Part shown: in pieces, positions 1 to 12,100 of the stretch
Layout: each line of letters starts with the position of its first letter
Position numbering within the stretch: the first letter of the stretch is position 1
NCBI GenBank assembly: GCA_965223855.1
Contig: CBDCXM010000008.1
Coordinates: 576,001-640,000 of the forward strand
Direction of reading: 5' to 3'
Origin: Candidatus Multivoradales bacterium
GTDB taxonomy: Bacteria > Acidobacteriota > Thermoanaerobaculia > Multivoradales > JAHEKO01
Length of the DNA: 64,000 nucleotides
Position numbers and translations under genes: made by a program
Notes under the pieces: model-generated
Told to the model about the DNA's origin: nothing
The model's input: the letters and a program-made list of their open reading frames with translations, nothing else
Databases searched by the model: none

Positions 1-2235
1 GCCGGCAGCTTCGCGGACGCCACCGAGGCGATGGGGCTCGGCGGGCTTTCCGCCTCGTCGACCGCTGCGATCGATTTCGACATCGAGGGCGATCTCGATC
101 TCGTCGTCACCGGCGACCAGCTCGGGCTGCTGGTGAACAGCCTCCAGGGCCCGCTCGAGGCGCGCGGCTCCGACATCTTTCCCGCGTCGCAGCCCTCCTC
201 GACCTCCGCTGCCATCGGCGATTTCGATCGTGACGGCGATCTCGACGTCGCTCTCGCCGGTGCCGGCGGCGTCTGGTGGCTCGACAACCTCCGCCAGGGA
301 GCTTTCACACACGGTTCTACCGTGGCCGATACCGACGCGTATGTCGATCTGGAGTCCGCCGACCTCGACAACGACGGCTTCGCCGACCTCGTCGCCACCG
401 GTCGAGGCGCCGCCCTCTATCGCAACACCGGAGGCGCCTTCGCAAGCTGGTCACTGGGGGCGAAGCTCGCGACCAGCGCGGCGCTGACCGATGTCGAGTC
501 GCTCGACGCCGACAACGACGGACGGCTCGACCTGGCGTTCGCGGGTGCCGGTGGCGTCGTGGTGGCGGCGCAGCGAGGCGGCGGGCTGGAGTTTCTCGAT
601 GTCGAGGACGGCCCGCAGTCCGCCTTCGGCCTGGCAGCTGCCGACTTCGACGGCGACGGCGATCTCGACCTCGCCGTCAACGGCGATTCGGGTCTGTGGC
701 TCCTCGACAACGCCGGCGGCAACACCAACCACTGGATGACCGTGCAGCTTCGCGGCCTCACCAAGGGCAACAGCAAGAACAATGTCTATGGACTCGGCTC
801 GGTCGTCGAGGTTCGAGCGGGTGCCGCCTACCAGTTCCGCGAGGCGGCGAGCGACGCGGTGCACTTCGGTCTCGGCAGTCGCGAACGCGCCGACCTGTTG
901 CGGGTGGTGTGGACCAACGGTGTGCCGCAGAACCGGATCGACCCGGCGGTCGACCAGCGGATCGTCGAGGAGCAACTGCTCAAGGGGAGCTGCCCGTTCC
1001 TCTACGTCCTGGCGGACGGGGAGGTGCGGTTCGTCACCGACCTGCTGTGGAACGCCCCCGTCGGCCTGCCCCTGGCGCCGGGAGTCTTCGCTCCGGCCGA
1101 CCCGCAGGAGCTGGTCAAGATCGGCCCGGTTGCCCCTGTCGGGGGGCGATGGGATCTGAGGATCACCGAGGAGCTGTGGGAAGCCGCCTTTTTCGACTAC
1201 GTGCGGCTGTGGGTGGTCGATCACCCGGCCGACGTCGAGGTCGCCAGCAGCCTCAAGGTCGCCCCCGGCGAGGCGGGCCCCGACAGGGTGCTCGGCAGCC
1301 GAGACGTCCGGGCGCTGGCCGGCGCGTGGGACGCACGAGGAGAGGACGTGACCGGACGGGTCGCTATGCGCGACGAGGTCTACGCCGACGGCTGGCGACG
1401 GAGCCCCTATCAGGGGGTCGCCGAGGAGCGCTGGACGTTCACCTTCGATCTCGGCGAGGCGCCGGCGGCGCCGGTGCGGCTGCTGCTCGACGGCTGGATC
1501 TTCCCGGCCGATGCGAGTCTCAACCTCGCCGTCGCCCAGCGCAGCGACTTCGACACCCGGATGCCGTCGCTCGAGGTCGAGGTCGACGGCTCATGGCAGC
1601 CGTTGATCGAGACGATCGGCCACCCGGCCGGCAAGACGAAGACGATGGTCGTCGACACTCCGCCGCTGCCGGCCGGTGCCCGACGCCTGCGGATCGTCGC
1701 CGGCCAGTGGCTCTCCTGGGATCGCATCGCCTGGACGGCCCGGCCCGACGACCGGAGCGCCCGCGTCGTGGCGCGACTCGAACCGGCGACCGCCGACCTC
1801 GCCTTCCGCGGCTTCTCCAGGGTCGTCCGGCGAGCGCCCAACGCACCTCACGAGTTCGACTATTCGGTGGTCTCCCGCGAGTCCCCGTGGCTGCCGTTCC
1901 CGGGCCGCTACACACGGTTCGGCGACGTCCGCGAGCTGCTCGTGGAGAGCGACGACCGCTCCGTCATCATGGCCGCCGGCGACGAGATGCGTCTCACGTT
2001 CGACGCCGCGTCTCTGCCGGCGCCTCCGGCCGGCTGGAAGAGGACGCTCTTCCTCGAAAGCCACGGTTGGGACAAGGACGCCGACCGCAACACCTTCGAG
2101 GGGCGCCGGATCGAGCCGTTGCCCTTCCAGGCGATGGAGACCTACGGCGAAGCGTTCCCCGACACCGAGTGGGCACGTCTCTACCGCGAGCGCTGGCTCA
2201 CCCGCGAAGTGGTCGCTTCACCCGAGCCCCGCTAG
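1..2235 (+). CDS. FG-GAP repeat / ASPIC-UnbV (CRTAC1-like) protein, 5' end outside the window
   Basis: Frame is open from base 1. Repeated DFDxDGDLD FG-GAP motifs, then 'HWMTVQLRG...GSVVEVRAG...VHFGLG...LLRVVWTNG' (ASPIC/UnbV) and a 'GSCPFLY' C-terminal extension. Confidence 0.85.
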   Translation, partial: AGSFADATEAMGLGGLSASSTAAIDFDIEGDLDLVVTGDQLGLLVNSLQGPLEARGSDIFPASQPSSTSAAIGDFDRDGDLDVALAGAGGVWWLDNLRQGAFTHGSTVADTDAYVDLESADLDNDGFADLVATGRGAALYRNTGGAFASWSLGAKLATSAALTDVESLDADNDGRLDLAFAGAGGVVVAAQRGGGLEFLDVEDGPQSAFGLAAADFDGDGDLDLAVNGDSGLWLLDNAGGNTNHWMTVQLRGLTKGNSKNNVYGLGSVVEVRAGAAYQFREAASDAVHFGLGSRERADLLRVVWTNGVPQNRIDPAVDQRIVEEQLLKGSCPFLYVLADGEVRFVTDLLWNAPVGLPLAPGVFAPADPQELVKIGPVAPVGGRWDLRITEELWEAAFFDYVRLWVVDHPADVEVASSLKVAPGEAGPDRVLGSRDVRALAGAWDARGEDVTGRVAMRDEVYADGWRRSPYQGVAEERWTFTFDLGEAPAAPVRLLLDGWIFPADASLNLAVAQRSDFDTRMPSLEVEVDGSWQPLIETIGHPAGKTKTMVVDTPPLPAGARRLRIVAGQWLSWDRIAWTARPDDRSARVVARLEPATADLAFRGFSRVVRRAPNAPHEFDYSVVSRESPWLPFPGRYTRFGDVRELLVESDDRSVIMAAGDEMRLTFDAASLPAPPAGWKRTLFLESHGWDKDADRNTFEGRRIEPLPFQAMETYGEAFPDTEWARLYRERWLTREVVASPEPR

Positions 2236-2265
2236 CCTGGATGTCTCCCCAGGTCGGCCCGCCGC

Positions 2266-2910
2266 TCAATCGTCGAGCCTGACGACCGCCTCACCGACGC
2301 CGACGTCCACCCGGACCCGCGACTCACCCGGGCCGTCCCGCCAGTGGCTCTCGCTGCCGACGAGGAACGAGCGATCGCCCTCGATCCAGCCGTCCGGGAC
2401 CAGCAGCTCGGTCTCGCCGATGCCGGCATCGAGCTGCACGGACGCGAAGTCGGCGAGCTCGAGATCGATCCGCACCTCTCCGACTCCGAGGTCGACCCGA
2501 AGATCACCCCTCACTCCCTCGATTTCGAGTTCTCCGACTCCCATGTCGATCTCGAGATCGGTGTCGGCCGGATGTCGAACCGAGGCCTCCAACTGCAGAG
2601 AGTTCCACCAGCGCCACTTGGAATGCGGGGCGACCTCGACGTAGAAGTTGCCGCGCTTCTCGACGATCTCGATCGCGACGTCGTCGAGCCGCTCCTCGCA
2701 GCGATCGCGATCGCGCTTGCAACGCGCCGAGACCTCGATCAGGAAGGGCCCGGCGGACGCCCCCTCGACGTGCAGCTCCCCGACCGGGAAGTCGAGCACG
2801 ATGCGGCCGTCGCCGCTGACGTTGGCGGTCCCCTGAAGCACGCGATCCTCGGCGAGCAGGCCCGAGGGCAGGGCTAGAAGAGCGAGCAGAGCGACGGATG
2901 TCTTGCGCAT
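2266..2910 (-). CDS. Secreted DUF4097-like (beta-strand repeat) protein
   Basis: Signal peptide MRKTSVALLALLALP after an AGGAGG RBS; repeated 'GVGE' beta motifs. Confidence 0.7.
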   Translation of the reverse strand: MRKTSVALLALLALPSGLLAEDRVLQGTANVSGDGRIVLDFPVGELHVEGASAGPFLIEVSARCKRDRDRCEERLDDVAIEIVEKRGNFYVEVAPHSKWRWWNSLQLEASVRHPADTDLEIDMGVGELEIEGVRGDLRVDLGVGEVRIDLELADFASVQLDAGIGETELLVPDGWIEGDRSFLVGSESHWRDGPGESRVRVDVGVGEAVVRLDD

Positions 2911-2934
2911 CGGATGATTCCTCCTGGGCATCCC

Positions 2935-2960
2935 TACGGACTTCGCCCTCAGAGGTTTCG
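2935..2960 (-). promoter_or_regulatory. Candidate ECF sigma factor promoter (CGAAAC-N16-CGTA)
   Basis: Minus strand cgaaac-ctctgagggcgaagtc-cgta about 25 nt upstream of the DUF4097-like gene; resembles the SigW-type TGAAAC-N16-CGTA. Confidence 0.5.
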
Positions 2961-2984
2961 GCGCCGGGGTTCCCGGCGCGGGCC

Positions 2985-6031
<3,047 letters not shown>

Positions 6032-6041
6032 TCGACTGTTC

Positions 6042-7076
6042 TCAACTCCCCAGGGTGAGGTTGGGATTCAGGTTCAGGGCGTAGCTGCGCACACCTTCCA
6101 TCAGCGCTTCGGCGAGAAACTGGCGGTAGTCGGAACGCTCCAGCAGCTTCGCTTCCTCCGCGTTGGACAGACACCCTATCTCAGCCAGCACCGCCGGCAT
6201 CTCGGTACGAATCAGGACTCCGAACGGCGCCGATTTCACCCCCCGATTCTCCACCCAGGGGTTGATCGTCCGCAGCGACTTGAGCAACTCCCGCTGGATC
6301 GCCTGGGCCAGCTCCCGCGACTCCGAGCGCCGCACGCCGACATACACCCTCTCGAGCGCTTCGCGGAAGTCGCGCAGGGCGAGCTCGGTCCCGAGGTTTT
6401 CGCGCGCGGCGTGCCGCTGGAGATCCTCGTCGTCCGTCGGCCCGAGATAGAACGTCTCCACCGCCCGCACGTCGTTCTCGACGAACCAATTGATGTGGAT
6501 CGAGACGAAGATGTCCGCTCCCACCTCGTTCGCACGATCTCCGCGCGCTTCGAGCGAAAGCTCGCGATCCTCTTCGCGCGTCAGGAACACCTCGAACCCC
6601 TGTTTCTCGAGCAACTCGCGAAGGCGGAGCGCAATGTCGAGGGTGATCTCCTTCTCCTGCAGGCCGGTGGCGCTCGCCGTGCCGCGATGGATCCCACCAT
6701 GGCCCGGATCGAGCACTACACGGCGCACGGAGAACGGCAGCACACCACGGCCGAGCGCCGCCGAATCTCCATCGCCTACAGCGCTCTCCCGCGGCGGGGA
6801 GTTCGGCCTCGCCGCCGGGGGCGGCACCAGCAGGACGGTGCGCTCGCCGGCGGGGGCCGGATCCTGGGGTCGCAGGTAAGCGGTTGCCAGCACGTAGGAA
6901 GCCCCGGCCAGCACCATCAGGCCGATGCTCAGAGCGAAGGCACGGACGATGCGCTGGCGGCGCCGGCGGCGGGACTCGGAGGGCGCCGGTATCCCGTGCA
7001 TGGTGCGGTAGTTCTCCTCCACTGCCTGACGCAGCAGGCGGCGGCGCAACGCACGTTCCCTGGCCAGCGATTTCAT
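6042..7076 (-). CDS. Membrane-anchored N-acetylmuramoyl-L-alanine amidase (Amidase_3)
   Basis: 'VVLDPGHGG', 'EKEITL', 'LTR', 'FVSIHIN', 'MPAVLAEIGCLSN' zinc/catalytic motifs. Basic N-terminal tail followed by a single TM helix. Confidence 0.93.
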   Translation of the reverse strand: MKSLARERALRRRLLRQAVEENYRTMHGIPAPSESRRRRRQRIVRAFALSIGLMVLAGASYVLATAYLRPQDPAPAGERTVLLVPPPAARPNSPPRESAVGDGDSAALGRGVLPFSVRRVVLDPGHGGIHRGTASATGLQEKEITLDIALRLRELLEKQGFEVFLTREEDRELSLEARGDRANEVGADIFVSIHINWFVENDVRAVETFYLGPTDDEDLQRHAARENLGTELALRDFREALERVYVGVRRSESRELAQAIQRELLKSLRTINPWVENRGVKSAPFGVLIRTEMPAVLAEIGCLSNAEEAKLLERSDYRQFLAEALMEGVRSYALNLNPNLTLGS

Positions 7077-7142
7077 CGATGTCGCTCTCCGCACAGAAGG
7101 CTCTCACGGCGGAAGTGCCCGCTGCTACCCTGTGCCATCACC

Positions 7143-8081
7143 ATGGCGCAGCTCCCTCCAGGGCCGAGGCCCGTCGATCGGGTTCGAGACCAGCCGCCCG
7201 AGGACCCTCAGTGGCGCGCCGACGCGCTCGCGCAAAGCGGGCACTCCCGCCTCGAGGACGAACTTCGGGAGCCCCTCGACGACCACGACCCCGAGAAAGC
7301 GGCCGAGATCTGCGCGCAGGTCTCCCGCGACCTGCTGGGCGATCTCGCCCCCGCGCTGTTGCTTCTTCCCGAGCGCGAAAGGGTGCGGGTTCAGGCGCTG
7401 TGCGCCTTCGCGCGTACGCTCTTCGACTTCGCCCGGCAGTCGGGCCTCGAAGGAGAGAAGCTGGCGCAGATCAATCGCTGGTGTTTCGACCTCGAGGCGG
7501 CGCTCGACGGCGAGCCGCCCGGCCAGCCGGTGTTCGTTCAGATGGCGGCCTGCGAGCGGGGCCGGCCGTGGCCGCGCGAAGCGCTCGACGGGATCGCGGC
7601 CGCGGCGCGCAACCGGGCGATGAAGCCGCGGGTGCGCTCCGCCGAAGAGGCCGCCGACCGCGCGGAGCGGCTCGGGCGGTCGCTGGCAGAAGCGCTGGTA
7701 CCCGACGGTGGCGCCGGGTTCGGGCCGCTCGGCGGAGCTCTCCTGCGCGTCCGCGCGCTCGAGATGCTCCACGACGACCAGCGCCGTCACCTTTCGTCGC
7801 TGCCGATCGAGGACCTGCCCGATGCCGTCACCTCGGGACGCGAGGCCGACGAAGCTCTGACGGCCGCCGCGATCGATCGCGAGATCGTGCGCCTGCGTCC
7901 CCTGCTCGTACGGATCGATCTGGCGACGCTGCGGCCGCCCTGGCGCCGGGCGGCGAGCTATGCGGTGCGGGTCGCACGGCGAGCGCTCGAGCGGCCCCGC
8001 GAGTTCGGGCGCGAGCCGAGGCCACTCGGACTGGGGCCTCGACTGGCGATCCTGCTGCTCAGCCGGCTCCGCCCTCTCTAG
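7143..8081 (+). CDS. Squalene/phytoene synthase-fold protein with degenerate Asp-rich motifs
   Basis: 'LLLPERERVRVQALCAFARTLFD' and 'W...LEAALDGEPPGQPVF' resemble the SQS_PSY/HpnC family; no canonical DDxxD. Confidence 0.7.
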   Translation: MAQLPPGPRPVDRVRDQPPEDPQWRADALAQSGHSRLEDELREPLDDHDPEKAAEICAQVSRDLLGDLAPALLLLPERERVRVQALCAFARTLFDFARQSGLEGEKLAQINRWCFDLEAALDGEPPGQPVFVQMAACERGRPWPREALDGIAAAARNRAMKPRVRSAEEAADRAERLGRSLAEALVPDGGAGFGPLGGALLRVRALEMLHDDQRRHLSSLPIEDLPDAVTSGREADEALTAAAIDREIVRLRPLLVRIDLATLRPPWRRAASYAVRVARRALERPREFGREPRPLGLGPRLAILLLSRLRPL

Positions 8082-8151
8082 CCGAAGAGTCCACTCGGGC
8101 CGCGGCCGCCGACACCGGTCGGCGGCATGATCCCCCGGCGAGCGTTCTCGT

Positions 8152-8715
8152 CTACCAGGTGAACGCGATGCCGAGGTGCAGCGCTCCGCCGGTCAGGTCG
8201 ATCGGGCCGTCGCGCTCCAGGCCGAGGTCGTCCTCCTCGAACTCGGCCTCGAGGATGCGGTAGACCCCCTGCACGTAGATCGCCGTGGAGTCGTTGAGAT
8301 CGAAGTCGAGACCGACCTGTACGTAGTAGCCCCACTCCGGATCGATGTCGGTCGTGCGCTGCGGATTGGTGATCGTCGAATCGACGCCGAAATCGAGCAC
8401 CGCGAACGTGCCGCCGCCGCCGACGTACGGATGAACCCGATCCCCGGAGCCGAAGTTGTAGTTGAAGCCGAAATCCACCGGCGTCGCCTCGAGAATCAGC
8501 CTCGGCGAGGTACCTTCGACCTCCAGCTCTTCGTAGATCGTGACGCGGAACTCGAAGTCCCACGGGCCGGAGCCGAAACGGGCGTCAAAGCCGAAGCCCG
8601 GACTCTCGTCCGTCCCGTCCGGGGAGAAGGTCGATGCGTGCACTCCGATGGTGCTGGCAGCCGCGGGTGCGGCGCACAGTGTCACTACGAGCAGTCCTAG
8701 GATCCATCTGTTCAT
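8152..8715 (-). CDS. Small outer-membrane beta-barrel protein (OmpW/OmpA-like)
   Basis: Signal peptide, alternating beta strands, 'HPYVGGGG', C-terminal aromatic 'LGIAFTW'. AGGAGG-like RBS (ggaggt) precedes ATG 8715. Confidence 0.85.
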   Translation of the reverse strand: MNRWILGLLVVTLCAAPAAASTIGVHASTFSPDGTDESPGFGFDARFGSGPWDFEFRVTIYEELEVEGTSPRLILEATPVDFGFNYNFGSGDRVHPYVGGGGTFAVLDFGVDSTITNPQRTTDIDPEWGYYVQVGLDFDLNDSTAIYVQGVYRILEAEFEEDDLGLERDGPIDLTGGALHLGIAFTW

Positions 8716-8877
8716 CCAACACCTCCGGTGTTCGGTGTTTCGGCTGTCCAACGATCGCGGCGATTCTCAAGGAATCGTTGAGGGATTGCAAGCCAAGGGT
8801 GCACGATGATGGGGTTTTCTGGCTGCGGAACCTTCCGCAGGGGCGGCGAAACGGGGATCGCGGCTATGATCCGTCCG

Positions 8878-9921
8878 ATGCGCGCTTTCCAGGTCCGTGA
8901 GCATGGAGGTCCCGAGGCGCTGGAGCCGCGGGAGCTGCCGACGCCGGAGCCGGGACCGGGCGAAGTCAGGGTGAAGGTCCGGGCCTGCGCCCTGAACCGG
9001 CTCGATCTGTGGGTGCGCGAGGGCGTTCCCGGACACACCTTCCCCCTGCCGCTCATTCCGGGAAGTGAGATCGCAGGCGAGGTGGATCGGGCGGGACCCG
9101 ACACCGACTCACTGCCACCGGGCAGCGAAGTCCTGCTCGCTCCGGGTGTCTCGTGCGGTGAGTGCGAGCGCTGCTCGACCGGCGAGGACATGCTCTGCCG
9201 GCACTACGGCATTCTCGGCGAGCATCGCGACGGCGGCTACGCCGAGTTCGTCGTCGTCCCCGCCCGCAACGTGCTGCCGAAGCCGGAGCGCCTGAGCTTC
9301 GCGGAGGCGGCGGCGATTCCGCTCGTCTTCCTCACCGCCTGGCACATGCTCGTCGCACGCGCCGCGCTCGCCCCCGGCGAGGACGTGCTGCTCCATGCTG
9401 CAGGCTCGGGCGTGTCGAGCGCCGGCATCCAGATCGCCCGCCTGCGGGGCGCGCGGCACATCCTCGTCACGGCGGGCAGCGACGCCAAACTGGAGCGCGC
9501 CCTCGAGCTCGGAGCGACCCACGCGGTCAACTACCGTCAACAGGACTTCCTCGACACCGTCCGGTCGGTCGTCGGTAGAAAGGGAGTCGAAGTGGTCTTC
9601 GACCACGTCGGCGGCGCCACGTTCGAGAGGAGCCTGCGGGCGCTCGGCTGGGGCGGCCGCCTCGTGCTGTGCGGCGCCACCTCGGCTCCCACCGCCGAGG
9701 TCAACCTGCGCGCCCTGTTCTTCAAGAACCAGTCGATCCTCGGCTCGACGATGGGCGGCATGCCCGAGCTGATCGAGCTGCTGAAGTTCGTCACAGCCGG
9801 GCGACTCGACCCCGTCATCGACCGCGTCCTGCCGTTCGAGCAGGCGCCGGCCGCCCAGGCGGCACTCGAGCAACGTGAACAGTTCGGCAAGATCGTGCTG
9901 TCGATGGACCCGTCCACCTGA
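8878..9921 (+). CDS. Zinc-binding dehydrogenase / quinone oxidoreductase (MDR family)
   Basis: 'HGGPEAL', structural zinc 'CGECERC...C', 'AAGSGVSSAGIQ', C-terminal 'FGKIVL'. Confidence 0.92.
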   Translation: MRAFQVREHGGPEALEPRELPTPEPGPGEVRVKVRACALNRLDLWVREGVPGHTFPLPLIPGSEIAGEVDRAGPDTDSLPPGSEVLLAPGVSCGECERCSTGEDMLCRHYGILGEHRDGGYAEFVVVPARNVLPKPERLSFAEAAAIPLVFLTAWHMLVARAALAPGEDVLLHAAGSGVSSAGIQIARLRGARHILVTAGSDAKLERALELGATHAVNYRQQDFLDTVRSVVGRKGVEVVFDHVGGATFERSLRALGWGGRLVLCGATSAPTAEVNLRALFFKNQSILGSTMGGMPELIELLKFVTAGRLDPVIDRVLPFEQAPAAQAALEQREQFGKIVLSMDPST

Positions 9922-9949
9922 CCTACCGCGACCGACCAGGAGCTGAACC

Positions 9950-10837
9950 TTGACCTCATCCCCCGAAGCCATTCGAGAAGTGGCCGTCCTCGGCGGCGGC
10001 ACCATGGGACTGGGCATCGCCCACGTTGCCGCGCTGGCCGGCTACGGTACGCGGCTGTTCGACATCTCCGAGGAGGCGCTCGAGAGGGCGACCGGTCGGA
10101 TTCACGCCAACCTCGAGAAGGGAGTGGCGCGCGGGAAGGTGGAGGCGGACGCCGCCGACGCCGCCAGGAGTCGCCTCTCCACGACCACCCGGCTCGAGGA
10201 GGCGGTCACCGATTGCGATCTGGTCATCGAGGCGGTGCCGGAGTCGATGTCGCTCAAGATCGAGACCTTCGAGAAGGTGGTTGCCGCCTGTCCCGAACAC
10301 GCGCTGCTCACCTCCAATACCTCGGCCCTGTCGATCACCGAAATGGCCGCCGCCACCGACCGGCCCGAGCGCTTCGCCGGGATGCACTTCTTCAACCCGG
10401 TGCACCTGATGAAGCTGATCGAGCTGGTGCGCGGCCTCGAGACCGACGCAGCGACGCTCACGACGCTCACCGAGGTCGGTCGTCGCATGGGAAAAGAGGT
10501 GGTGACGGTGAGCGAGTCGCCCGGTTTCGTCACCAGCCGTATCAACGCCCTCATCGGCAACGAGGCGTTCCGCATGCTCGAGAGCGGGGTTGCCAGCGCC
10601 CGGGACATCGACAAGGCCCTCAAGCTCGGGCTGAACCACCCGATGGGGCCGTTCGAGATGGTCGATCTCGTCGGGCTCGACGTCCGGCTGTCGATCCTCG
10701 AGTTCCTGCAGGCGTCGCTCGGCGACACCTACCGGCCGACCAGCCTGATGAAGCAGTACGTCAAAGCAGGCCGACTGGGGCGGAAAGTCGGGCGCGGGGT
10801 CTACGACTACGACGCCGACGGCAGGAGGGTCGACTGA
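9950..10837 (+). CDS. 3-hydroxyacyl-CoA (3-hydroxybutyryl-CoA) dehydrogenase
   Basis: 'VLGGGTMGLGIA', 'IEAVPE', 'SNTS', 'GMHFFNP', 'HPMGP', 'GRLGRKVGRG'. TTG start. Confidence 0.93.
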   Translation: MTSSPEAIREVAVLGGGTMGLGIAHVAALAGYGTRLFDISEEALERATGRIHANLEKGVARGKVEADAADAARSRLSTTTRLEEAVTDCDLVIEAVPESMSLKIETFEKVVAACPEHALLTSNTSALSITEMAAATDRPERFAGMHFFNPVHLMKLIELVRGLETDAATLTTLTEVGRRMGKEVVTVSESPGFVTSRINALIGNEAFRMLESGVASARDIDKALKLGLNHPMGPFEMVDLVGLDVRLSILEFLQASLGDTYRPTSLMKQYVKAGRLGRKVGRGVYDYDADGRRVD

Positions 10838-11628
10838 TGCCCGGCCAGGACCTCACCGACCGGGTCGCTCTCATCACCGGTTCGAGCGCCGGGCTCGGCT
10901 ATGCCGCCGCCGAGGCGCTGGCCGCCCGCGGCGCTCGTATCGCGCTGTCGAGCCGCGGCGGCGAGAAACTCGAAGAGGCAGCCGCCCGCCTCGTCGCCGC
11001 CGGGGTCGACGTAATCGCCGTGCCGGCTGACGTCACTCAGCTGAGCGATCTCGAGGATCTCGTCAATGAGGTCGAGGACAGCTTCGGGCCGGTCGACATC
11101 CTCGTCCCGAACGGCGGCGGGCCGGTGGCGAAGCCGGCGCTCGAGCTCGACGACGCCGACTGGCAGGCGGCGCTGCCACTGGCACTGCTGTTCGTGCCGC
11201 GGCTGTGCCGGCTCGTGCTGCCGGGGATGGTCCGCCGCGGCTGGGGACGGATCGTCGCGATCAACTCGGTGTCGTCGCGCCAGCCGATCGCCAATCTCGC
11301 CCTCTCGAACGCCCTGCGACCGGCGGTGCTGGGCTATCTCAAGACGCTCGCGCTCGAGGTCGCCGCCGACGGCGTCACCGTGAACGCGGTGCTCCCCGGC
11401 TACACCCGCACCAGCCGCCAGATCGAGCTCGCCGAAATGCGCTCCGAGCGCACCGGCGAGGACTTCCAGTCGCTCCTCGACGCACCGGCAGCCGACGCCG
11501 CCATCGGCCGTCTCGCCGAGCCGGAGGAGATCGGCGAAGTGATCGCCTTCCTCAGCTCACCGGCGGCAAGCTACGTCACCGGCCAGGCGATCTCGGTCGA
11601 GGGGGGCTGGGTGAAAGGGCTGTTCTAG
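10837..11628 (+). CDS. SDR family oxidoreductase (3-oxoacyl-ACP reductase-like)
   Basis: 'LITGSSAGLG', 'DILVPNGGGP', 'VTVNAVLPG', 'SYVTGQAISVEGG'. TGATG overlap with the upstream gene. Confidence 0.92.
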   Translation: MPGQDLTDRVALITGSSAGLGYAAAEALAARGARIALSSRGGEKLEEAAARLVAAGVDVIAVPADVTQLSDLEDLVNEVEDSFGPVDILVPNGGGPVAKPALELDDADWQAALPLALLFVPRLCRLVLPGMVRRGWGRIVAINSVSSRQPIANLALSNALRPAVLGYLKTLALEVAADGVTVNAVLPGYTRTSRQIELAEMRSERTGEDFQSLLDAPAADAAIGRLAEPEEIGEVIAFLSSPAASYVTGQAISVEGGWVKGLF

Positions 11629-11637
11629 GGATTCCCG

Positions 11638-11991
11638 TCAGTTGAGACCTGTTCCGGACAAGATCTCAAGGTACACCTTGAAGAGGAGAACCAGCGAGAC
11701 CACCATCGTAAGCGAACCCGTTACCCACAGCTTCTCTCGCAACTTCCTCGGGGCCTCTTCGACGTACCACCGCTCGAAGAGCGACTTCGAGAGTCCCACC
11801 GCGAAGTTCATCGCTCCTGCCAGGAACAAGTAGACGCCGAAGGCGAGAAATCCCCAGGCCTCCGACCGGAGCCACGCCAATACGAGGACGGGGAGAACAA
11901 GCCAAGACCAGCGCATCCTGCGTCTGATCGCCGGCCGCAAGTGTCTCCACTCGCTCCTAGCTCTCCACCGACTCAGCCACAGGAGCATCAC
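11638..11991 (-). CDS. Small hypothetical membrane protein (about 3 TM) in a lower-GC patch
   Basis: Three hydrophobic segments; fills the gap between convergent genes; more AT-rich than its neighbours. Confidence 0.55.
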   Translation of the reverse strand: MMLLWLSRWRARSEWRHLRPAIRRRMRWSWLVLPVLVLAWLRSEAWGFLAFGVYLFLAGAMNFAVGLSKSLFERWYVEEAPRKLREKLWVTGSLTMVVSLVLLFKVYLEILSGTGLN

Positions 11992-12100
11992 TGTGAATAG
12001 CCCTTCTTCGGTACTCGCGGCAGGACCTGGCCAGGAGGCATTGAGAACCGACCGGTCGGGGTAGGAGCCACATAGCGGAACGAGATGACCGAGGACCGGA

